Of a stretch of 64,000 bases of DNA, positions 29,501 to 39,265 are shown one piece after another. The notes beneath the pieces are model-generated. The model saw only the letters and a program-made list of their open reading frames with translations. It ran no database searches and had not been told where the DNA came from. This stretch comes from Cenarchaeum sp. GTDB lineage: Archaea > Thermoproteota > Nitrososphaeria > Nitrososphaerales > Nitrosopumilaceae. The DNA lies in the NCBI GenBank assembly GCA_965206845.1, contig OZ242221.1, positions 1,024,001 through 1,088,000 of the forward strand. Direction: 5' to 3'. Position 1 is the first letter of the stretch, and each line of letters opens with the position of its first letter. A program made the position numbers and the translations under genes.

Positions 29501-31113
29501 GCTTTCGCCTTGGAAGCAATGTTATGCGCCGCGTTTATGTCGGCGTTGACGTCATTGTAACAGTTGTCATTGGTGCAGCGGAACCTGCCCTGCGATGTGC
29601 GGGATTCCTTGTCCTTGCGCCCACAAGCGCTGCATGTTATGCTGGTGCCCTTGGGGTCCACCATAATTACAGTCACTCCGGCGTTCGCGCACGCCTGCCC
29701 GATCTGCTTTTGGAACGTTCCGGGCCGGGAATAGGCCATCTCCCTGTTTAGCCCCGTCTTGGCGGATCTTCCCTTGCCTTTGACCTTGGCGGTCATGTTG
29801 TTTAGGTTGAGATCCTCCATGGCCACGGTTCTGGCGCCATCGGCTATCTTCTTTGACGCGTGCCTTTCCCAGTTGGTCTGGCGGTTGGCTATCTTCTCGC
29901 GCTTCTTGCGGATCTTCCTTTGGAGTTCCTTATAGCTGCGGGACTTTGGCTTCCTTGTCTTGTTTTTGTTGTGGCCTCTGGTGTTGTTGGTGTTGCTGCT
30001 GCTGCCGCTTCTCGTGTTGTTGGTGCTGCTGCTGCCGCCGCTGCCGTTGGTGCCGTTCCCGAAGTCCGCGTCCTTGCTCCCGCCACCAGAGTCTTCATTG
30101 GTGTCCTGCCTGATCCTGCGGTTGCCCCTCCCGCCGCGCTTCTGAGAGAGCTCGGAGTACATCCTGGACAGGTCGTCGTCCTTGGAGCGCCTGCAGTCCT
30201 TTGGGAGGTCGTGAAATTTATGATGGCCGGTGCCGAGGTCTGCCGTGGCGGCGCCGTGGACTATGCCCATGTCCACGCCCCTTACGACCGCGGATTCAGA
30301 CGGCTCCGGGGCCTTGGTTTCGACCTGGATGTGGAGGCGGTACGTCCTGTTATGGTTCTCCGTGCGCTTCGTGGCCCTCTTCGTCGTCTCCACCAATTGG
30401 AATGATCGCATGTCCAATTTCTCCACGTCGCCGCGCACTCTCACGGTGCCGATTCCCGGTAGCATCACCATGTTGTCGCCTTTGTATACTGGCTTCTCAA
30501 ACACCGAGAGTGACCGCTGCTCCCCTTTCCTCTTGAACAGGTCATTGGTGTGGCTCCATTCGTTCCTCTTGTTGCTCCACTTGTTTGACGGCAGGTTTGA
30601 CGCGGTGTAGATGTCGATGTCCGGTATCCCCTCCTTTTCCCGGTCCCGTCTGGCCAGGTGTTTCCACAGGGACTTGTTGCTGCGCTTTTTCCCGTTGGAT
30701 GCCATGAACTTCTTTACGGCGTCCATGCCCAGCAGGAGGCCGGCCCTCTGCACCATGCAGCTGCAGGCCTCATTGCGTCCGGCGGCCCGCGCCTCCTTGT
30801 CATGGACGAGCCACGCCTTTGAGTTTCTCCATTTCGTTAGCATGTTGTTGAGGTCAAACTTGGTTGTCCTCGGGTCTTTCAGCTTCCCGCGCACGGCCAT
30901 GTTGAAGGCCCACCTCTGCTGGTCCATGTGGCGGGATATGAGATCCGACAGCTCCGCCGACTGGTCAAAGTCCACCTTTATGTTGCGGACCATTATGCCT
31001 TCCATTGAGCGTTTTGACCACTTTTTTGGAGCCGGCTCGGTCGCGGCAGCGGTTGCATCTGCTACCGCCGGCTCCGTTGCTGTTATTGCCGTTGCCGTCA
31101 TGATGGGTTTCAT
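29344..31113 (-). CDS. tnpB: Large TnpB-like RNA-guided endonuclease (copy 2)
   Basis: RGVDMG / MEDL / CSAC..C...C / NADINAAHNI; stop codon TAA lies inside the TIR. Confidence 0.9.
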   Translation of the reverse strand: MKPIMTATAITATEPAVADATAAATEPAPKKWSKRSMEGIMVRNIKVDFDQSAELSDLISRHMDQQRWAFNMAVRGKLKDPRTTKFDLNNMLTKWRNSKAWLVHDKEARAAGRNEACSCMVQRAGLLLGMDAVKKFMASNGKKRSNKSLWKHLARRDREKEGIPDIDIYTASNLPSNKWSNKRNEWSHTNDLFKRKGEQRSLSVFEKPVYKGDNMVMLPGIGTVRVRGDVEKLDMRSFQLVETTKRATKRTENHNRTYRLHIQVETKAPEPSESAVVRGVDMGIVHGAATADLGTGHHKFHDLPKDCRRSKDDDLSRMYSELSQKRGGRGNRRIRQDTNEDSGGGSKDADFGNGTNGSGGSSSTNNTRSGSSSNTNNTRGHNKNKTRKPKSRSYKELQRKIRKKREKIANRQTNWERHASKKIADGARTVAMEDLNLNNMTAKVKGKGRSAKTGLNREMAYSRPGTFQKQIGQACANAGVTVIMVDPKGTSITCSACGRKDKESRTSQGRFRCTNDNCYNDVNADINAAHNIASKAKALAAGRRGSSSEGARSQRGIAPARSANNTREPSVGGNARAPAKGMGTVHSCI

Positions 31114-31137
31114 TACCGCATGCAAATGCCAAATATG

Positions 31138-31145
31138 TATAAAAA
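31138..31145 (-). promoter_or_regulatory. TATA box of tnpB copy 2
   Basis: TTTTTATA 24 nt upstream of ATG; equivalent boxes in copies 1 and 3. Confidence 0.6.
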
Positions 31146-31518
31146 CACCGTGGCAATACCATGCAGACCATGCGGACCGTCCGTGCCGTCACGGCCATCA
31201 GGGAGTGGCAGGTTGCAGGCGCCCAGATGGGAGTGGATACTGTGTGGAGAGACCCGAACAAAAACCCTATCCGAGGGCAGCGTATGGCCATGTTTGCCGT
31301 ATATGATTCCCCGCGCCAGGGACGGAAAAACATGAACGGGACAACCCTGCCGGCCATACTAGAGGGGCATTCCGATCTCTTTGACAACAGAAACAGGACA
31401 TATCGCTTGGATCAACAGGCACTGCGGTTTGCATGCAGACGTTCACTCAACTATATAATCCCCTTGAGAAACGGCCCGCCCGCCACAAGTTCATATCCTG
31501 CGTCGGCGTACCCGATCC

Positions 31519-31740
31519 ATGGACTGGCTTATGGGAGGCATTGCAATCATTCTGCTCGTGGTGGGCCTGGTGGGCCAGGCGTTTGAGATGCGAAGGATCA
31601 GGATATCGACAACCCAGGAGGGAGAGCTGGGCTCCCCCAACATATTTACGGATCGGCGCAATTTCAAGTGGTATGCGCTGATAGGCACGGGAGTCATACT
31701 CTGGTATGTGGCAGAGCAGATCCCGCCCATCTCTATATAG
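31519..31740 (+). CDS. Small two-TM membrane protein
   Basis: 73 aa with two hydrophobic helices. Confidence 0.7.
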   Translation: MDWLMGGIAIILLVVGLVGQAFEMRRIRISTTQEGELGSPNIFTDRRNFKWYALIGTGVILWYVAEQIPPISI

Positions 31741-31945
31741 ATCACATCTATATATCGGACACGCGCATGTATGACAGAGCGTGTTTTGGGTAACGCCGAT
31801 CCGATTCTAGACGATGGATCAAGAACAAACCCTAGTATTGGCATCGTGGGTTGCAAAACCCCGACGCCACTTTATACTTTGCAGGCGCGCACTCCAGAAT
31901 GCCGCATGGCACGATGAACCCCATCATGCAGTGGACGGTGCCGCT

Positions 31946-33358
31946 TCAGACAAACCTTGCGACGTCTCTCTCCTGATGGATCGATCTTATCGCAGTATCG
32001 ACGTTGTCCTCCGAGTCCTCGATGACTATGATTATGCGCGATGTCTCCTCCTGCGCGTCCATGTTCAGTATGTTCAGCCCGGCCTCGCCGACCCGGGCGC
32101 TTGCCCTGGATGCCACCTGCTGGACGCGCCACATCTCGTCGCCGATCAGCGTAACGACGCCGCGGTTGTACGTGATGGCCGCAAGCGGATCAAAGCTTCT
32201 GATGTACTTCTCGCTCCACCGGACATAGTCCGCATCCAGAAACAGGAACCTTGAGAACTCTATCTCGTCCCTGACGAAGGGCGACAGCGTGACATACTCG
32301 CCGTAGCGCCTGTCCTGCTTGAGGGAGCTCTGTAGCCTCTGCGACGCGTTCCTCTCGATTCTTACTATCGCGCAGTTCCTCTTTCCGGTGACGATCTTCA
32401 GCGGGTGGCCGTTCCGGCTGTCGGTCTTGCGCTTTATGACGGTGGTTCTTTCGGGGTTCTTCATGTCCGTGATTGTGATGGGAATGTCCACGCCGTTCTC
32501 CAGGATCTCCTTGATTGCGATGGGATCAAGGATCTTCATGCCGAACATTCCCGCCAGCCGGGCCTCGTTGTACGACAGCTGGTGAACGGTCCCAAGCCCG
32601 TCCTGCACCGTCTTTGGGTCTGCAGACGCAACCGAGCTGTCCTTCTCAAAGTCGATCCGGGTGTTGTACTTGCCGTGGAACAGGATGCCGATGTCTGCGG
32701 CGGTCCGGTCAGAGCCCCCCCTCTCATACGTGGTGACCGTCCCGCCGGCAGTCCTTCCGATGAATCCGCCGATGGACACCACCTCGTTCTCGCTCACAAG
32801 CCTCTCCATGCCTTGCATTCTGCTGACAGACTGGGAGTACAGAAAATTGGTAAACTCGATGTTGTCGTCGGTGATGATGGGCCACATGTCCAGGTCCACC
32901 GCCTCGGCGCCGATTCCCCGGCCCTTGATTATGTATGCCATGATGTGCGACATGAGGATCTCCCCGGAGTATGCCAGCGCCAGGGAGCGGATCTCGCCGG
33001 CAAATCCCTGCCCGGCTGCCTTCAGGAGGCACTGCCTCGCCTTGCCCAGATACGAGTCGACCATGCCGCGGCATTCCGCCTCATACTTCTGGCCTACCAT
33101 CTCGAGAATCTTGTCGTACGCCCCCCGGACCGTTCCCATCTCGGGCTCCCGGCCAGACCCCGCGTTGCGGCCCATCTCCAGAACCACGTCGGTAAGCGAG
33201 CGGGGCCGGCCATCGTATACGGTCAGCGGGGCGGAGAAGACGGCCACGACCTTGGAGTCCCTTCTCATCTCCTCGATTCGCTGGAGTACGATGGGTATGG
33301 ACAGGCCGTCAGGCCCTATCGCGCTGCCCCCGAACTTTGCCACAACCAGATTGTTCAC
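31946..33358 (-). CDS. lysC: Aspartate kinase
   Basis: VAKFGGS, RGGSDRTA, ADPK, LSYNEA; C-terminal ACT. Confidence 0.9.
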   Translation of the reverse strand: MNNLVVAKFGGSAIGPDGLSIPIVLQRIEEMRRDSKVVAVFSAPLTVYDGRPRSLTDVVLEMGRNAGSGREPEMGTVRGAYDKILEMVGQKYEAECRGMVDSYLGKARQCLLKAAGQGFAGEIRSLALAYSGEILMSHIMAYIIKGRGIGAEAVDLDMWPIITDDNIEFTNFLYSQSVSRMQGMERLVSENEVVSIGGFIGRTAGGTVTTYERGGSDRTAADIGILFHGKYNTRIDFEKDSSVASADPKTVQDGLGTVHQLSYNEARLAGMFGMKILDPIAIKEILENGVDIPITITDMKNPERTTVIKRKTDSRNGHPLKIVTGKRNCAIVRIERNASQRLQSSLKQDRRYGEYVTLSPFVRDEIEFSRFLFLDADYVRWSEKYIRSFDPLAAITYNRGVVTLIGDEMWRVQQVASRASARVGEAGLNILNMDAQEETSRIIIVIEDSEDNVDTAIRSIHQERDVARFV

Positions 33359-33388
33359 TGCAGTATATCCTGCAAACCTGTCAGTCTA

Positions 33389-34414
33389 TTAATTATTGGT
33401 TTTCTGCGCCAGCACCCCGGAGATGATTCCCGCTGCCGCCGCGGCGCCGTCTGATGCCGCGGGTTCCCTCCCCTGGGACAGCTTCTGCGGCACCAGGGAC
33501 TCCAGCCTGTATACATCATCTGGGGAGAAGCCCATCTCCCTTGCGTTGTCCTCCTGCTCGAAGTGGTTCCTTATGGGAATGAAGATTCCCGGGGTTCCGT
33601 AGACCCTTGCCTCGTCGATGGTGGACTTGCCGGCCAGGGATATGACGACATCGGCGGCACAGATCACCTCGTGCATGTCACTTACAAACCCCATGCACCT
33701 GGCGCTGTCGTACTCTGCCTCCATCGCTGGGCCGGACACCACCACCGCGTCCAGGCCCAGCCTTGCGACATCCCGCACCGCCCTCTCTATCAGGAACCTG
33801 CCCGCATCGGTTCCACCGGCGCTGATCAGTACGGTCTGTCCCGTAAAGCCAAACTTTGCCCGCAGCTGGCTCCTAGTCTGCCCGGTCTCCCGGACTATGG
33901 GCCCGACGCGGCTGATGTTTCCTTGGCCGGCCCCGTCCTCTGGCAGGATCACCGCGTCGCACCTTGATATCATATTCTGCATGGAGCGGTTCATCCTCCT
34001 CTCGAGTATGGCTGCCAGGCCCCGGGTGAAGTCAGTCTCCAGTATGTCTGTTATCAGCACCGTGGGAATGCCCATCTCCTGGCCCACCACCAGCGCGGCA
34101 AAGTCCTCGTCGCTCACTATGACGCGGGGGCGCTCCTCTGCGATTATCTTCCGCGCGATCCGCTTGCAGTCCTTGTAGTACCTGTAGTACCTCCACAGCC
34201 ACCTCAGCGGTCTCTTCAGCGAGCCATCCTGCACCGCAAAGTTTGGCGGATGGTACGCGTCGCGCACGTCAAGCCCGTACCGCTCAAACAGCCGGGCCGC
34301 CCCAGAACCCGTGACAAACCCCACCGCCGGCCCCTTGAGGCGCCTTGCCACCGCATAGTCCCGCGTGGCGTGGCCCAGTCCGATGGGGCTTGTAAAGAAC
34401 AGGATGTCCCTCAT
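33389..34414 (-). CDS. GT28/MurG-like glycosyltransferase
   Basis: GLGHATR, AGKSTIDEA, HFEQEDNA. Confidence 0.85.
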   Translation of the reverse strand: MRDILFFTSPIGLGHATRDYAVARRLKGPAVGFVTGSGAARLFERYGLDVRDAYHPPNFAVQDGSLKRPLRWLWRYYRYYKDCKRIARKIIAEERPRVIVSDEDFAALVVGQEMGIPTVLITDILETDFTRGLAAILERRMNRSMQNMISRCDAVILPEDGAGQGNISRVGPIVRETGQTRSQLRAKFGFTGQTVLISAGGTDAGRFLIERAVRDVARLGLDAVVVSGPAMEAEYDSARCMGFVSDMHEVICAADVVISLAGKSTIDEARVYGTPGIFIPIRNHFEQEDNAREMGFSPDDVYRLESLVPQKLSQGREPAASDGAAAAAGIISGVLAQKTNN

Positions 34415-34753
34415 GCCGGTGTGCGGCGCTTTTTTAATTTCTACTTTTCGGTGGGACGCGAGACCGGATCGGCAGCGCGGGAATGTGGGGGGCTGGCATG
34501 CTTCATGCATACCGGCACGACGCAAAGGGGAACCCGACCTCTATTGGGAGACGGAACGCATCCTGCAGGCACAGGCCCGGTCTGCGCCGGGCCAAAACGC
34601 GCACCCCACCATGGCATATGCTCAGGTCGGCAGTCTGTCTAGACACAAAAACACACGACACTATGCAAAACCATGCCTAGCATCGAGCGGAACCTGAGTA
34701 TGTGCCCACCCTGGCATGCAAAGTTTAAATGGATTTTACCAAGGTTGTTTGCT

Positions 34754-34828
34754 GGGCCCATAGTCCAGCTCGGTTATGACGTCGCCTTTACACGGCGAAG
34801 ATCCAGGGTTCGAATCCCTGTGGGCCCA
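34754..34828 (+). tRNA. tRNA-Val(UAC)
   Basis: GGGCCCA/TGGGCCC stem, anticodon loop TTTACAC, TTCGAAT. Confidence 0.95.
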
Positions 34829-34858
34829 TTTATCGTGGCGTGCGCAGCCCACACTGCG

Positions 34859-35395
34859 CTAAAAGTCGATCCCGCGCCTCGCCTTGATGCCTGACCTGAA
34901 TGGGTGCTTGATCTCCCTCATCTCCGTGACGAGATCCGCCAGCTCCAGCACTTCTGGCGCCGCATGGTTCCCAGTGAGAACCAGGTTCAGCCTGCGCGGC
35001 CTGTTCCTGATGAGCCCTGCCACGTCGCCTGCCTCCACCAGCCCCAGCTTCACCGCGTAGTTTATCTCGTCCAGTATCACCACATCGTACGCGTCTGACT
35101 GGATCTTCGCGCGGCTCAGCTTCAGCGCCTCGCCTGCGATCTCCTCATGCGCCTTCCGGGGGCTGGTGTCGTCAATTATGCCCACAAAGCCCCTGCCCGC
35201 GGCTATCAGCTCAAAGCCGGGCTCCAGCCTCTTTGACGAGTCCATCTCGCCGTAGTGCCAGGATCCCTTTATGAACTGGATCATGCACACCCTGTGGCCG
35301 TATCCCGTGGCCCTGAGCGCAAGTCCCAGCGCCGCCGTCGTCTTTCCCTTACCGCCTCCGGTGTAGACTATCACCAGTCCCTCTTCGGGCATCAT
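34859..35395 (-). CDS. cobO: Cob(I)yrinic acid a,c-diamide adenosyltransferase (BtuR/CobO)
   Basis: YTGGGKGKTTAALG, ILDEI, ADLVTEM..IKHPF. Confidence 0.93.
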   Translation of the reverse strand: MMPEEGLVIVYTGGGKGKTTAALGLALRATGYGHRVCMIQFIKGSWHYGEMDSSKRLEPGFELIAAGRGFVGIIDDTSPRKAHEEIAGEALKLSRAKIQSDAYDVVILDEINYAVKLGLVEAGDVAGLIRNRPRRLNLVLTGNHAAPEVLELADLVTEMREIKHPFRSGIKARRGIDF

Positions 35396-35475
35396 GGTGT
35401 GTGGGTGCGCTCCCGCTAAAAAGATTGGCAGTCCAACAAGTCGGTTTAAATTAAAATCCGACCAACCAAGACGGG

Positions 35476-36828
35476 TTGAGGATCCCAAGGGTCGTGATCG
35501 CCGGCGCCGCAAGCGGCGTGGGCAAGACCTCCATCACTTGCGCCGTCATACACGGCCTGATGAGCCGCGGCTACTCGGTGCAGCCCTTCAAGGCGGGCCC
35601 CGACTACATCGACCCGACGTTTCTCTCCGCCGTGTCCGGCAATGCGGCGGGGAACCTGGATCCCTGGCTGATGGGGGGCGGCGAGCTGAAGAGGAGCTTT
35701 GTCGCAAACTCGACGTCTGATATCTCTGTCATCGAGGGCGTCATGGGATACTATGACGGCTTTGCCGGGGACTCGAACTTTGCCAGCACGTTTGATGTGG
35801 CGACAAGGCTCAGGTGCCCGTCCATCCTGGTGCTTGATGCGGCCAGGGTGGCCCGCTCCGTTGCGGCAGTCGCCGCCGGCTTTGCAGGATTCCACAAGGA
35901 CTCTCGGATCTCGGGGATAATCCTGAACAGGATAGGGAGCAGAAAGCACGAGCTCCTGTGCAGGGCGGCGCTGGCGCCGCTGAAGATACCCGTGGTGGGC
36001 GTCATACCCCGCAGCGAGTCCGCAAGGCTCGAGTCCCGGCACCTGGGGCTGGTTCCCGCCGTGGAGCGAGAGACTCAGGCAGCGGCAATCCGGGATATTG
36101 CAAGGACGTTCTCCGATTACCTGGACTTTGAGGGGATAGTCGCGATATGCCGCAGTGCCGGGCCGCTGAAGGGCGTGGAGCCACCAAGGGCCGCAGACAG
36201 GCGCGCCGTACTGGGCGTGGCGCTTGACAGCTCGTTTAACTTCTACTACCGGGAGAACCTTGACGCCCTGCGGCGCTGCGGGGCGGAGATCAGGTTCTTC
36301 AGCCCCCTCGCAGACGCAGAGGCTCCACCCTGCGACGGCCTCTACATCGGGGGAGGGTTTCCGGAGATCCTGGGGCCGCAGCTTGCAGGGAACCGCAGCA
36401 TGGCCGCATCCATAAGGAAGGCCGCAGAGGACCACACCCCGGTGTATGCCGAGTGCGGCGGCCTGATGTACCTTACAAGGTCGATCGTGTATGGCCAGGA
36501 GAGGCACCCCATGGTGGGCCTCCTTGATGCAGACACCAGGATGACCAGGCAGATGACGCTGAACTACACCCGGGGCCGGACCATGCACGACAGCATAGTG
36601 TCCGGCCCGGGCAGGGTGGTGCGCGCACACGAGTTCCACTACTCCCGGCTCGAGTCAGTCCCGTCCGACGCCAGGTTTGCCTACCGGCTGTCTGTCGGCG
36701 AGGGGATAGCGCAGGGCCGCGACGGGTTGCTCGTGTACGACACCCTGGCCTCCTACTGCCACCTGTACCTTGCGGGCGAGCGGGCGGGAAATCTGGTGGA
36801 CTCCTGCGTCAGGCACTCAAGGGGGTGA
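35476..36828 (+). CDS. cbiA: Cobyrinate a,c-diamide synthase
   Basis: SGVGKT, FKAGPDYID, SRHLGL, YAECGGLMYL, HEFHYS. Confidence 0.93.
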   Translation: MRIPRVVIAGAASGVGKTSITCAVIHGLMSRGYSVQPFKAGPDYIDPTFLSAVSGNAAGNLDPWLMGGGELKRSFVANSTSDISVIEGVMGYYDGFAGDSNFASTFDVATRLRCPSILVLDAARVARSVAAVAAGFAGFHKDSRISGIILNRIGSRKHELLCRAALAPLKIPVVGVIPRSESARLESRHLGLVPAVERETQAAAIRDIARTFSDYLDFEGIVAICRSAGPLKGVEPPRAADRRAVLGVALDSSFNFYYRENLDALRRCGAEIRFFSPLADAEAPPCDGLYIGGGFPEILGPQLAGNRSMAASIRKAAEDHTPVYAECGGLMYLTRSIVYGQERHPMVGLLDADTRMTRQMTLNYTRGRTMHDSIVSGPGRVVRAHEFHYSRLESVPSDARFAYRLSVGEGIAQGRDGLLVYDTLASYCHLYLAGERAGNLVDSCVRHSRG

Positions 36829-37452
36829 CTCCCTTGCCAGCCGCAGCAGGGCGTTTAGCATTGCCGCGGCGGACGGGCTTCCACCCTTCCTTCCGATGTT
36901 GGTGATGTACTCGGTGTCGGTCCCCGCAAGCTCCGCCTTTGACTCGGCAGCAGAGATGAACCCCACCGGTATGCCTATGACCAGGGCGGGCCTTGCGATG
37001 CCCTCACGGATCATCCGGATCACCTCCAGGAGAGCCGTGGGGGCGTTGCCGATGACTACTATGCCTCTATCCATGTCGTCTCTTGCCGCGCGCATGGATG
37101 CCTGCGAGCGCGTCACGTCCTGCTGCGCCGCAACCCTTGCCACCTCGGGATCGGAGATCCTGCAGATGACCTGGATGCCAAAGTCCCGCAGGGCCTGCCG
37201 GTTGAGCAGCCCGACCACGCCGTCCACGTCGGCTATGACGCGGCAGCCACTCCTTATGGCCCCGATGCCGCTTGCCACCGCGCCGTCTGAGAAGAGTATG
37301 GCGTTGCTTCCCGCAAAGTCAAAGTCCGCGGTCGAGTGAATCACCCGCCTTACGACCGGCCACTCCATCCTGCCGTACCCGTGCGCGCCTATCTCGTCCT
37401 CGATCACGCGCATGCTGGCGTCCTCAATCGACTGGCCTTTTCTTGTTTGCAT
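36817..37452 (-). CDS. cbiC: Precorrin-8X methylmutase
   Basis: RRVIHSTAD, IGNAPTAL, PVGF, GRKGGS. Confidence 0.93.
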   Translation of the reverse strand: MQTRKGQSIEDASMRVIEDEIGAHGYGRMEWPVVRRVIHSTADFDFAGSNAILFSDGAVASGIGAIRSGCRVIADVDGVVGLLNRQALRDFGIQVICRISDPEVARVAAQQDVTRSQASMRAARDDMDRGIVVIGNAPTALLEVIRMIREGIARPALVIGIPVGFISAAESKAELAGTDTEYITNIGRKGGSPSAAAMLNALLRLARESPP

Positions 37453-38188
37453 TCTCCACCTCCATGGCTCTCTCCAGAACCAGGTCCACCATCATGGCAT
37501 CCGCGCCGATGTGCTTTGTGATGAGGACCTTTGCCAGTCCGGCCTTCTCCAGCGCGGGGTTCAGGTCCTCGTAGATGTCCCTCTTTACGTGGGCCCCCTC
37601 GTGCAGAAAGTAGAAGACGACCACCAGGACCCTGGGCCAGTCCTTCCTGCAGGCCTCTATGCCCTGCGCTATGTCGGGCTTCTCCATCTCCAAAAAGCAG
37701 TAGCTGACGTTCCTGTAACGTGGCCGGAGCCCGCCGGCCACATACTCGATTGCCATCCGGGCGTTGGGATCCTTGCTTCCGTGGCCGACTATCAGCACGT
37801 CCACCTCACCCTCCGGCGTGCCGTCCCCGTCCAGCGCGGCGGCAATCCTGCGGTTCACCAGGTCTATCATGGTCTTGTGCATGCTCATGGGCCTTGTCAC
37901 CAGGAACTTGGCTCTGGTTGAGGACTGGAGCCTCATCACGTCTGTCACCGCCGCCTTGACCTTCCTGCCGGGGTACAGAAAGTACGGCACGATGGTAAGC
38001 TGGTCAAGGCTGTCCTTGAGGGATTTTGCCACCCCCTCCTTGATGAACGGCGGAAGCACCTCCAGAAAGCAGTAGCCGCAGTACTGGTACCCGCCACCCT
38101 GTCTTACCCTGGCGGATATGTCGTCCAGCTCGTCCCGGACCTCCTGCTCCCGGCTTCCCCTGTCGATGATCAGCAGGCCGCGCTTCAA
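37424..38188 (-). CDS. cbiX: Sirohydrochlorin cobaltochelatase
   Basis: Two CbiX domains, VGHGS, G.HV..DI. Confidence 0.88.
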   Translation of the reverse strand: MKRGLLIIDRGSREQEVRDELDDISARVRQGGGYQYCGYCFLEVLPPFIKEGVAKSLKDSLDQLTIVPYFLYPGRKVKAAVTDVMRLQSSTRAKFLVTRPMSMHKTMIDLVNRRIAAALDGDGTPEGEVDVLIVGHGSKDPNARMAIEYVAGGLRPRYRNVSYCFLEMEKPDIAQGIEACRKDWPRVLVVVFYFLHEGAHVKRDIYEDLNPALEKAGLAKVLITKHIGADAMMVDLVLERAMEVENANKKRPVD

Positions 38189-39243
38189 TGCTCAATCCTC
38201 GCCACTGCCACAGTAAGATCCGGGGGAAACTTTTGCTTCTCTACCACCAGGCCGCCGCCCGAGGCCAGGATTGCCGCGGCCTCCGACACACTGGGGGTTC
38301 CCTCAAAGGCGCTCACCACCCTTGACGGGTTTGGGGTGCTGACTTGGGCCAGATCCTCGCGGTCGATATACTCTATGGGTATGCCGCTCTCTTGGCCGAA
38401 CTGCACCAGGCCCTGCACGTCCTCGGGCTTTCTTATCGAGGCGATCCTGGCAACCGATCCGGGATGTAGCCCGAACCTACCAAGCGACTCTTGGATCCCG
38501 GCCCTGATCTTCTCCTTGCTGGTATCGCCGTGCAGTCCCACTCCCACAACCAGTGTCTTTGGTCTATATATTACAGAGTTCTCCGGGACGGACGCTAGTG
38601 CCACGTCCGATATTATGAGGTGGCCCATGGAGCCGGATCCCGCCAGCTCCTCCATGTCGGAGTACCGGGTGATGTTCTCCGGAAGCGGGCCGCTCCACCA
38701 GTTCCTCTCGCCTGCCTCTTGGAGCAGTCCGATCTTCTCTGCGTTTACCATCATCGCGCTGACCCGGGTTACCGTCGAGTCGTCCTCTATCTCCCAGCCA
38801 AACTCCCTTCCAACCATGTCCACTGCCACCGTCCGGTTTACGTCGGCCGCCGTGGTTATCACCGCAGTCGCGCCCAGCCTGCCTGCCAGGTCCACCGTCA
38901 GCCTGTTGGCCCCGCCTATGTGTCCGGAGAGCACGCTGATCACAAAGTTTGCCCCGTCGTCGATTACGATCACCGCGGGATCCGTCTTCTTGCTCTTCAT
39001 GTGCGGGGTGATCAGCCTGATCACCGCCCCCAGCGAGAAGAGGCACACCAAGGCGCCGCCTGCCTCAAACAGGCTGCCTATCTTGGCCGATGTCGGCTCC
39101 TGATACCACTCTATGCCGGCATCCCCGGTGTCCAGCTTTGCGGGGGCGTAGATCCTGCAGCCCGGAGTGCCCTTCAGCCTAGAGGCGATCTTTACGCCGT
39201 TCTTTGTTATGGCGATGACGGATATGCGATCCACAGGAGACAT
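38185..39243 (-). CDS. cbiG: Cobalt-precorrin-5A hydrolase
   Basis: K.TDPAV, LSGHIGGAN, VITTA.D, SVSEAAA. Confidence 0.92.
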   Translation of the reverse strand: MSPVDRISVIAITKNGVKIASRLKGTPGCRIYAPAKLDTGDAGIEWYQEPTSAKIGSLFEAGGALVCLFSLGAVIRLITPHMKSKKTDPAVIVIDDGANFVISVLSGHIGGANRLTVDLAGRLGATAVITTAADVNRTVAVDMVGREFGWEIEDDSTVTRVSAMMVNAEKIGLLQEAGERNWWSGPLPENITRYSDMEELAGSGSMGHLIISDVALASVPENSVIYRPKTLVVGVGLHGDTSKEKIRAGIQESLGRFGLHPGSVARIASIRKPEDVQGLVQFGQESGIPIEYIDREDLAQVSTPNPSRVVSAFEGTPSVSEAAAILASGGGLVVEKQKFPPDLTVAVARIEH

Positions 39244-39265
39244 CCGGGCGCAGCAATAAAATATC

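Larger units (their letters stand above)
29339..31463 (-). mobile_element. TIR-bounded TnpB-only element, copy 2, with 8-bp TSD
   Basis: TIRs GGGAATTATATACATGAGTGTAC / GGGGATTATATAGTTGAGTGAAC (19/23); TTGAGAAA at 29331-29338 and 31464-31471. Confidence 0.92.
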
